Source: an uncultured Actinomycetes bacterium
GTDB lineage: Bacteria; Actinomycetota; Actinomycetes; S36-B12; CAIYMF01
NCBI GenBank assembly: GCA_963843975.1
Contig: CAWJMG010000001.1
Span: forward strand, 1,170,001-1,202,000
DNA length: 32,000 nt
Direction: 5' to 3'
Below, one piece after another: positions 24,838 through 30,880 of this stretch. A program made the position numbers and the translations under genes. Below the pieces are notes generated by a model. That model had not been told where the DNA came from, did not search any database, and saw only the letters and a list, made by a program, of their open reading frames with translations. Every line of letters begins with the position of its first letter. The first letter of the stretch is position 1.

Positions 24838-24871
24838 GGGAGCCGACCCGTCGGACGGCGGGTTGGCTCCC
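24838..24871 (+). terminator. Stem-loop terminator after the sigma/partner operon
   Basis: GGGAGCCGACCCG (24838-24850) / CGGGTTGGCTCCC (24859-24871) form a 13-bp stem with one G.U pair and an 8-nt loop. TTCAT follows. Confidence 0.65.
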
Positions 24872-25017
24872 TTCATAGCGCTTCATCGCGTTCCCGGCCA
24901 ACCCTGCAGGCCGCCCTCGCCGAGCACCGGGACGAGTCGGTTGCGAAGGACGAGGACTCTGATTCAGACCGGCGAAGGGCCGTGGCGCAGAGGCCGCGTG
25001 ACGCACCGTGTGCGTCG

Positions 25018-25693
25018 CTAGTCGTTGGCCCTCAGCGGCTCGAGGGCGGCGAGGACGAGGTCGAGTCCGAAGGCGAACTCCTCGGTCGGGTCGTAGCCGG
25101 CAGCAAGGAGCGCGGCGGCGGACTCGTTGAGGTACGGGAACTCGTCAGGGGGCAGCTGGGGCAGGAAGACGTCCTCGGTCATGTCCGCGAGCCCCTCGGC
25201 GTCGTCGAACGGCAGGCTGGCCTCCTGCAGGGCGTGCCCGTAGACGTAGCTGTCGAGCAGCCAGTTGGCGTGCGTCGCGTTCACGACCGAGAACCCCGCC
25301 GTGCGCAGGCAGGCGGTGACCGCTTCGCGGTGGCGGAGGTTCGCCGGACCTGGCGTGGTCCGCGACTCCATCAGCGCGATCGCCCACGGGTGCCGGGCGA
25401 GCACCTCCCGTGCGGACACCGATCGCCGGCGCATCGCCGACTGCCAGTCGGTCTCCGCGTTCGGGTAGCTCGATCTCCTCGAAGACGACGTCGATCATCG
25501 CGTCCAGCAGCTCGTCCTTGTTCGCGACGTAGTAGTAGAGCGACATCGCGCCCGCGCCGAGCGCGCTCGCCAGGCGGCGCATGCTCAGCCCGTCGACCCC
25601 TTCGCGGTCGGCGAGCCTCATCGCCTCGGCCACGACCCGCTGCGTGCTCAGCCCCGCATCCGACGCGGCCGGGCCCTGCTTCTTCGCTGGCAC
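25018..25693 (-). pseudogene. TetR/AcrR family transcriptional regulator, interrupted by an apparent +1 frameshift at 25463-25465
   Basis: GTG 25693 has GAGGAG 4 nt upstream. The N-terminus is ..LSTQRVVAEAMRLADREGVDGLSMRRLASALGAGAMSLYYYVANKDELLDAMIDVVFEEIELP (TetR HTH). The C-terminal ligand domain NAETDWQSAMRRRSVSAREVLARHPWAIALMESRTTPGPANL.. continues in the frame reached by skipping one base of the run (CCC on the coding strand). The span is 676 nt, which is 3n+1. Confidence 0.8.
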
Positions 25694-25726
25694 GGGTCTC
25701 CTCGCTCGCTCGTACGGCTTGACAAC

Positions 25727-25772
25727 CGTACAGCGTACGAGTGATCGTACGGTGTACGACGTACAGCGTACG
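25727..25772. promoter_or_regulatory. Three 13-bp palindromes CGTAC-N3-GTACG, candidate TetR operators in a divergent promoter region
   Basis: CGTACagcGTACG at 25727-25739, CGTACggtGTACG at 25746-25758 and CGTACagcGTACG at 25760-25772. TTGACA at 25719-25724 lies immediately upstream. The region sits between the TetR start (25693, -) and the membrane-protein start (25811, +). Confidence 0.65.
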
Positions 25773-25810
25773 AACCGACGAGGTCCCACGAGGACGCGAG
25801 GAGAGACGAC

Positions 25811-26305
25811 GTGAGAACCACGACCGCAGGACGCACCGCGCTGGAGGACCGGCAGATCCCGGTCCAGGGCAAGCTCGCAGCCGCGTGGGCGAGCTTCATG
25901 TTCTTCTACATCTACGTCGACTACCTGGCGCTGTATAAGCCGGGCTTCCTCGGCGACATCCAGGCCGGCGTCGTCCACGACTTCGAGACGGGCCCGCTCT
26001 TCGTCGGCGCCTCGCTCACCCTGGTCGGGATCCCGGCGCTGATGATCCTGATCTCCGCCGCCGCGCCCGCACGGGTCGGGCGCATCGTCAACCTCGTCGT
26101 GGCAGCGCTCTACGTCCCCGTCACGATCTACAACGCGTCGGGCGAGTCCCTGAGCTACGCCTACTTCTACGGCCTCTCCATCGGGGTCGAACTGCTGCTC
26201 CTGGCCTTCATCCTGCGTTCCGCCTGGACGTGGCCGCACACGACGGTGACGTCGATGCCCGACGTCGTGGAGCACGACGTGGCGCGGGTCCGCACCTCGC
26301 ACTAG
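25811..26305 (+). CDS. Small polytopic membrane protein (DUF6326-like)
   Basis: GTG 25811; 164 aa with 4 hydrophobic helices. ..KLAAAWASFMFFYIYVDYLALY.. resembles the N-terminal motif I recall for DUF6326. Divergent from the TetR gene. Confidence 0.7.
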   Translation: MRTTTAGRTALEDRQIPVQGKLAAAWASFMFFYIYVDYLALYKPGFLGDIQAGVVHDFETGPLFVGASLTLVGIPALMILISAAAPARVGRIVNLVVAALYVPVTIYNASGESLSYAYFYGLSIGVELLLLAFILRSAWTWPHTTVTSMPDVVEHDVARVRTSH

Positions 26306-26357
26306 GCAGGTGGGCGAGTCCGGCGCTGCCCGCCAGCTGGTCAGCAACCAAGTGCGT

Positions 26358-26394
26358 GAAACCCACCGGAATCGAGCTCCATCCGGTGGGTTTC
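26358..26394. terminator. Perfect 13-bp stem-loop downstream of the membrane-protein gene
   Basis: GAAACCCACCGGA (26358-26370) / TCCGGTGGGTTTC (26382-26394) with an 11-nt loop. There is no U-tract. Confidence 0.55.
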
Positions 26395-26403
26395 GCGCAC
26401 CTC

Positions 26404-26720
26404 GCGTAGGGGCGAGGGATCCGTCTCGGGCTGGCGCAGGTACGCGAGCGGAGGGCGAGGGATCCGTCTCGGGCTGGCAGAGGTGCGACGGTCGGGCGGC
26501 TTCGCCGCGGTGGGTCGAGGGGCTGCTGGGGTTCCTCCCGAATCCCTCGCCATCGGGCTGGGGCCCTACGGGCCCGGCGGAGGGCGAGGGATCCGTCTCG
26601 GGCGGGCGCAGCGGCGGTCAGGGGGGCGCCTTCGGCGCGGTGGCCCGGGCGGCGCGGGGGTTCCTCCCGAACCCCTCGCCCTCAGGCTGGGGCCCTTCGG
26701 GCCCGGCGGAGGGCGAGGGA
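26404..26720. repeat. Tandem array (about 43 + 129 + 129 bp, then a partial unit) of palindromic units, each ending in a copy of the tRNA-Ser acceptor/T-stem 3' strand
   Basis: GGCGGAGGGCGAGGGAT recurs at 26576 and 26705; variants lie at 26447 (AGCGGAGGGCGAGGGAT) and 26408. GGGGTTCCTCCCGAA(T/C)CCCTCGCC recurs at 26528 and 26657. Hairpins GGGCCC-TAC-GGGCCC (26561-26575) and GGGCCC-TTC-GGGCCC (26690-26704) occupy equivalent positions. Confidence 0.85.
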
Positions 26721-26757
26721 TTCGAACCCTCGGGATGTTTCCATCCAGCGGTTTTCA
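26704..26757 (-). other. Orphan 3' portion (anticodon loop to acceptor end) of a tRNA-Ser(UGA) gene; probable att-site remnant
   Basis: The minus strand reads CTTGAAA (loop, anticodon TGA) ACCGC TGGATGGAAACATCCC (class II variable arm GGATG-GAAA-CATCC) GAGGG TTCGAAT CCCTC (T arm) GCCCTCC G CC. Upstream sequence lacks the complementary anticodon-stem strand (it has ATGAT where GCGGT is needed), a D arm, and the 5' acceptor strand GGAGGGC. Confidence 0.65.
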
Positions 26758-26864
26758 AGATCATTCCCCGGGTCGGGTGCGCACGCGAGAATCCTTGTGC
26801 TGAGCACGAAATCGCGGTTCGGGGCCGTCCTTGAATGCCTTCTCTGGCCCCTGTTTCCCGCTAC

Positions 26865-26897
26865 ATCTGGCACGGATCTGGCACGGATCTGGCACGG
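26865..26897. promoter_or_regulatory. Perfect 3 x 11-bp direct repeat (ATCTGGCACGG), iteron or recombinase arm-type site candidate
   Basis: ATCTGGCACGG ATCTGGCACGG ATCTGGCACGG read directly. It lies about 110 bp from the tRNA fragment in non-coding DNA. Confidence 0.7.
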
Positions 26898-26915
26898 CAC
26901 GAGAAGGCCCGTGGG

Positions 26916-26943
26916 GTCCTGGGCGTCCCCCCGGAGCCCAGGA
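26916..26943 (-). terminator. Stem-loop downstream of the minus-strand sigma/anti-sigma operon
   Basis: GTCCTGGGC (26916-26924) / GCCCAGGAC (26935-26943), 9-bp perfect stem, about 55 nt after the stop at 26998. Confidence 0.45.
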
Positions 26944-26997
26944 CACCACCGGTCTCGCAGCCCGCGCGCCACCGGGGCACGTGTCGTCGCGCGGGAG

Positions 26998-27480
26998 TCA
27001 TGGGCGGGGCTGCGGCACGCCGAGGCGCGCGCAGACTGTCGCGTCGTCGGGGAACACCACGAGCGATCCGTCCACGATGCAGGCGGTGAGCTCGGGCGGG
27101 ATGCCCGTCTGGTCGGGGGCGGTGACGATCCCCGCGCGCCACATCGCGGTGCACGCATCGACTGCCTGGAACGCTGATTGGTTCCCGTCGACGTCCGGCA
27201 CGGCACCGAATGCGAGCTGACCCCAGACTGCGGAGTCCAGTGACACCGTCGGTGAGCAGTAGCCCAGGTTCGGCTCGTCCGGGCTGGCGAAGCGCAGGTA
27301 GGCCGCCGCCGTACCCGCGCCCACCAGTAGCACCGCGACGACGGCAGCGATCACCGCGAGGATGCGCCGGCGGTGTCGCACACTCGTTGGCGCTAGACGG
27401 ACCTCGGCCATGACGACGGTCTTGATCTGCGCTGCCCGCGCGTCGCTCAGCGGGGGCGGCCAGGAACCCAGGTCACTCAT
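26998..27480 (-). CDS. Single-pass membrane protein coupled to an ECF sigma factor (putative anti-sigma factor)
   Basis: ATG 27480 overlaps the sigma stop by 8 nt (ATGAGTGA). One TM (ILAVIAAVVAVLLVGAGTAAAYL) is followed by a Cys-containing extracytoplasmic domain of about 100 aa. 160 aa. Confidence 0.7.
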   Translation of the reverse strand: MSDLGSWPPPLSDARAAQIKTVVMAEVRLAPTSVRHRRRILAVIAAVVAVLLVGAGTAAAYLRFASPDEPNLGYCSPTVSLDSAVWGQLAFGAVPDVDGNQSAFQAVDACTAMWRAGIVTAPDQTGIPPELTACIVDGSLVVFPDDATVCARLGVPQPRP

Positions 27481-28072
27481 CGCCCTCCCCCTCCCCTGCG
27501 GGGTTGTATCCGGCTTCGAGCAGCGCCGTACGCAGCTGCTTGCGGGCCCGCATCAACCGCGACCGCACTGCCGCATGCGTCAGGCCCAACGCCTCGGCGG
27601 CCTGCTCGTACGACAGCTCCTCCATCAAGCACAGCGACACCACCTGTCGGTCGGTGTCAGCCAATCCGGCCAGCGCCGCCGCCAGCGACCGTGCCGCTGC
27701 CTCCAGCGATGCCTGCTCGATCACCGCGCCGGCGTGATCCGGTTCCACGGCCGGCTGCGGAAGCCGTGCCAGTGCCGCTCGATACCGGCGGCGCGAGCGT
27801 CGATGGTTCAGTGCGACGTTCGTCGCCGTCGCCAGGAGCCACGGCAACGCGCTCCCGTCGACCACCCGGATCGCATCACGGCGCCGCCACGCCTCCAGGA
27901 ACACCATCGCCACAAGGTCGTCGGCGTCCTGCACCGTGCCAAGCTGGCGGGCGCAGTGCGCGTGGATCCGGACCACGTGCCGGTCGTACAGCTCCTCGAA
28001 CGCCGCCGACTCGCCCGACGCCACCCGGGCGCACAGCGAGGGCTCGTCGTCCGGGGGAGCCTCCTGCCTCAC
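27473..28072 (-). CDS. ECF RNA polymerase sigma factor
   Basis: ..SAAFEELYDRHVVRIHAHCARQLGTVQDADDLVAMVFLEAWRRR.. (region 2) and ..LADTDRQVVSLCLMEELSYEQAAEALGLTHAAVRSRLMRARKQL.. (region 4). The start is uncertain: GTG 28072, or upstream ATG 28207 / GTG 28234. Confidence 0.85.
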   Translation of the reverse strand: MRQEAPPDDEPSLCARVASGESAAFEELYDRHVVRIHAHCARQLGTVQDADDLVAMVFLEAWRRRDAIRVVDGSALPWLLATATNVALNHRRSRRRYRAALARLPQPAVEPDHAGAVIEQASLEAAARSLAAALAGLADTDRQVVSLCLMEELSYEQAAEALGLTHAAVRSRLMRARKQLRTALLEAGYNPAGEGEGDE

Positions 28073-28394
28073 ACCCCCTAGTGTCCGGCCCGCGCAAACC
28101 GTCGCACGGAGCCCTCCGCAGGCCGCGTCAACGAGGCGGCGGTCGTTGCCCAAGCCTCCTGGCGCGGAGCCGACACTGGCGTGCGACGAATCCGCGGCTT
28201 CGGACATAGGGCGTGTGTGGGCGACCCTCCCCACGGGGGTGGGAGGGATCGGCCACGCTCACCCGGCCGCCGTCGACCTAGGGAGCCACGTCTATGACCG
28301 TGCGTCAGCACGTCGCCCGGTTGTGCCTGGTGGACGAGCGCCGGGTCGTGCTCCTTGAGGCCGACGACCCCGAACATCCGGCAGTATCACTCGC

Positions 28395-28886
28395 ATGACA
28401 GGGGAGGAGTCGGAGCCGTTCGCGACGGTGCGACCCGCGGTCCACCAGCCCGTGCGACAGAGACGCCGCTGGTGGCTCGTGATTGCTGCGGCGACCTCCC
28501 TGCTGATCCTTGGTGCCACTGCTGCGGCGCTCGGCCTGCGCGATGACTACAACAACGGGGCATTGTTCTTCTGCATCAGCGACGACGTGGCAGCCGCGAT
28601 CCATGACGAGACACTCGCGCTTGTCCCGGCGAACGCAACAGGTATGACCAGTCGGGTCTCGGACTGCGACGATCGCCGTGCCACGACGGTCCAGTTCACC
28701 GACACGTCCAGCGACGAAGCGACGCTGTTCCAGGCGGCGGCGCGAGCTGGATGGACAAGAGCCACTCCCACATGTTCCGAGAAGCAGATCAGCGGCCGCA
28801 GCGTGCATCTGAAGATCGACGTCGTTGCTGCCCCTGACCCCAGCGCTGGGCAGTGGTCCCTCTACGCCTCACCGGGATCGTGCTAG
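28395..28886 (+). CDS. Hypothetical membrane-anchored protein in a lower-GC patch
   Basis: 163 aa with one N-terminal TM (WWLVIAAATSLLILGATAAALGL) and 4 Cys in the exported part. Divergent from the ECF sigma gene. Codon GC3 is weaker than elsewhere. Confidence 0.55.
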   Translation: MTGEESEPFATVRPAVHQPVRQRRRWWLVIAAATSLLILGATAAALGLRDDYNNGALFFCISDDVAAAIHDETLALVPANATGMTSRVSDCDDRRATTVQFTDTSSDEATLFQAAARAGWTRATPTCSEKQISGRSVHLKIDVVAAPDPSAGQWSLYASPGSC

Positions 28887-29255
28887 TCGCGAATTGGCGC
28901 GGACTTGGCGATCGAGCTCGACTGGTCGCCGACAGGCGATGATCTGCCCGTGGCGACACTCAGGCACCGGATCCTTCCCCGAGAGCGCGGCTGCAGTTCA
29001 CGTTGTCCGTGCTCTGGACTCTGAAGGTGTCGTGACAGGCGTTGAGGTGAACGAGCCTAACGCCGCGCCAATCGACATCACGTTCGACATCATGGGGAAG
29101 AACCGATGATCGTGACGATGGGTGCTGGGGTTTCCAACGCGCGCATCGTTGGTACACGTCCAGAGCACGCGCGCCCCATCATCGAGCTCGCGTGGAGCCT
29201 GAAGGGATGGCCCAACTTCAGGCGCGATTGACACACCTAGGTGCTGATTGTGCTC

Positions 29256-29282
29256 GTGTGAGCCCCGCTGCCGGGCTCACAC
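29256..29282 (-). terminator. 10-bp perfect stem-loop overlapping the abiEii stop codon
   Basis: GTGTGAGCCC (29256-29265) / GGGCTCACAC (29273-29282) with a 7-nt loop. Confidence 0.45.
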
Positions 29283-30161
29283 CCAGGTCCCGGTGTGGGC
29301 CTCCCACCGGCGATCGGTGACGCGACCGAGTAGTACCGGGTCCGCGAAGCCGATGACTCTGCCGAGGACGTCCTGGAAGGTGCTCGGCAGATCGTCCCTG
29401 TCGTGGCGACGACGCCAGGTCGCGTACCGCGGTTGAGCGAGTGCGGGGAAGCCGACCAGGACTTCGCTGAGCGGCAGCAGGTGAACTGCGCGGTGGGCAG
29501 CGACAGAGCTGATCGCGAGTTCGAGCTCATCGCCGGCCACGTCGTGGCGGCCGGCGAGGGAGTACACGTCGCCGAAATCCCGCCATCGAGTGTTGGCGGT
29601 ACCGCGGCTGACGGCCGTGACGATCTTCTCGGCATGGACCATGACGATCGGATAGCCGCGCAGAGCGACAGGATCCCCGAGGACGCGGGGCAGCTCGATG
29701 ACCTGTGGCTCGGGGACGATCGGGTCTCCGACGTTGACGTCGATGTGCAGGTGGATCTCGACCGTCGCGAGGTGGGCGACGAGACTGACGCGGACACCGG
29801 CGTACTCGTCGTCGTCCCGGATGATGCTGGCGGTCGCAGCAGCAGTGTCGAAGGTCAGGCCATCTTCGGCCGGCAGCGCGGCCACGGAGCGAACCATGGC
29901 GAGCACGGTCTGCGCATCGTTGGCCAGGTCGTGGGCCTGCAGGTCGATGTCTCGGGTCGGGCGCCGTAGGTCGAAGGCGGCGAGCAGCGCGCCACCCTTG
30001 AGGACGACGTGGTCTCGCTCGGGCGAGGCGGCGAGCCTGGCGAGGAACCCGTCCAGGGCGTGGAATGTGTAGAGCTCCTGCGGCGACCGTCCGGCGCGGG
30101 GCGCAAGATTGCGCAGGTCGTTGAACGCGGCCCCCGACGGCGTCGATCGGGGCACGGTCAC
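29277..30161 (-). CDS. abiEii: AbiEii/AbiGii-family nucleotidyltransferase toxin (type IV toxin-antitoxin, DUF1814)
   Basis: GTG 30161 overlaps the antitoxin stop (GTGA). 294 aa. ..ERDHVVLKGGALLAAFDLRRPTRDIDLQ.. is the hLKGGtAL...R.T.DiDl NTase motif, followed by ..VRVSLVAHLATVEIHLHIDVNVGDPI... Confidence 0.88.
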   Translation of the reverse strand: MTVPRSTPSGAAFNDLRNLAPRAGRSPQELYTFHALDGFLARLAASPERDHVVLKGGALLAAFDLRRPTRDIDLQAHDLANDAQTVLAMVRSVAALPAEDGLTFDTAAATASIIRDDDEYAGVRVSLVAHLATVEIHLHIDVNVGDPIVPEPQVIELPRVLGDPVALRGYPIVMVHAEKIVTAVSRGTANTRWRDFGDVYSLAGRHDVAGDELELAISSVAAHRAVHLLPLSEVLVGFPALAQPRYATWRRRHDRDDLPSTFQDVLGRVIGFADPVLLGRVTDRRWEAHTGTWV

Positions 30162-30761
30162 AGCAGGATCTCCAGCGCCGACCGGATGGGTGCCTCGGCC
30201 CGGGGGAACCGGGACGCCAGAGCGAGCAGCTGCGATGGCTGGGCCCCGGGCCGCGCGAGCCATCGGCGCAGCGCCTCGTTGCCGAGCTCGGGCCCCTCCA
30301 GCCGGCGGAGCCGGAACGCGTCGACGATGCAGCGCTGCGCAGAGTAGAGCCCGATGGAGTGTCCGTCGCCGAGCCTCGAGGTGCTCTCGTCCGAGGTCGA
30401 AGGTGGCGGCAGCGAACCGGTGCCACGCGATGGGGATCGCCAGGCTGGGTGGACGGGTGCCGGCGGGCAGTGCGATGTGCAGTCGAGAAGGGATGTCGTC
30501 GGACAGGCCGTGGCGCGACAGCGCTGATCGCAGGCAGATGGTTGCCGCGGCCGCGCGTACCGAGATCGTGAGCAGGTCGGGGTCGGCCGGCGCGTCGGTC
30601 GCCTTGGCGTACCAGCCCCGGCCCGCGAGCTCGAGCAGGCCCTCCCCCCGCAAGCTCTCCAGCGCCCAGTCGCTGACACCCAGGTCCAAGGCCTGGCCGC
30701 GCGAGAACGACGGGGGGAGCAGATCGAGCCACTCGCTCCGGGGGGTAGCCGGTCGGGCCAT
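30158..30761 (-). pseudogene. abiEi: AbiEi-family antitoxin/transcriptional regulator, interrupted by an apparent +1 frameshift at 30374-30375
   Basis: From ATG 30761 the sequence reads MARPATPRSEWLDLLPPSFSRGQALDLGVSDWALESLRGEGLLELAGRGWY.. (AbiEi N-terminal wHTH), up to ..AWHRFAAATFDLGREHLE. The conserved C-terminus LGDGHSIGLYSAQRCIVDAFRLRRLEGPELGNEALRRWLARPGAQPSQLLALASRFPRAEAPIRSALEILL* is in the frame reached by skipping one base. The span is 604 nt, which is 3n+1. Confidence 0.8.
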
Positions 30762-30880
30762 GACCTGGTCGCTCCTCCCCTTTGTCTGGAAACCGTATCA
30801 CTGAGAGGTTTCACAATAACACTTCCTCAAGTAATGTGCGAGGCATTGCCCCCGTGGATCGGACGGGCAAGGCTGCGCAC

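Noticed and set aside
26404-26720. Possible CRISPR array (regularly spaced copies of GGCGGAGGGCGAGGGATCCGTCTCGGG)
   Set aside because: The intervening 'spacers' are homologous to each other, so the whole 129-bp unit repeats. There are only 2-3 units, the repeat matches the adjacent tRNA 3' end, and no cas genes are present.
26310-26834. A 174-aa plus-strand ORF (with overlapping ORFs in other frames and on the other strand) that runs through the tandem-repeat region and gives repeated peptides such as ..FLPNPSPSGWGP(T/S)GPAEGEG..
   Set aside because: The repeating peptide is just the translation of palindromic 129-bp DNA repeats. Open frames exist on both strands, as expected for GC-rich palindromes. 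There is no RBS. The region contains a tRNA fragment and hairpins, so it is better explained as non-coding.
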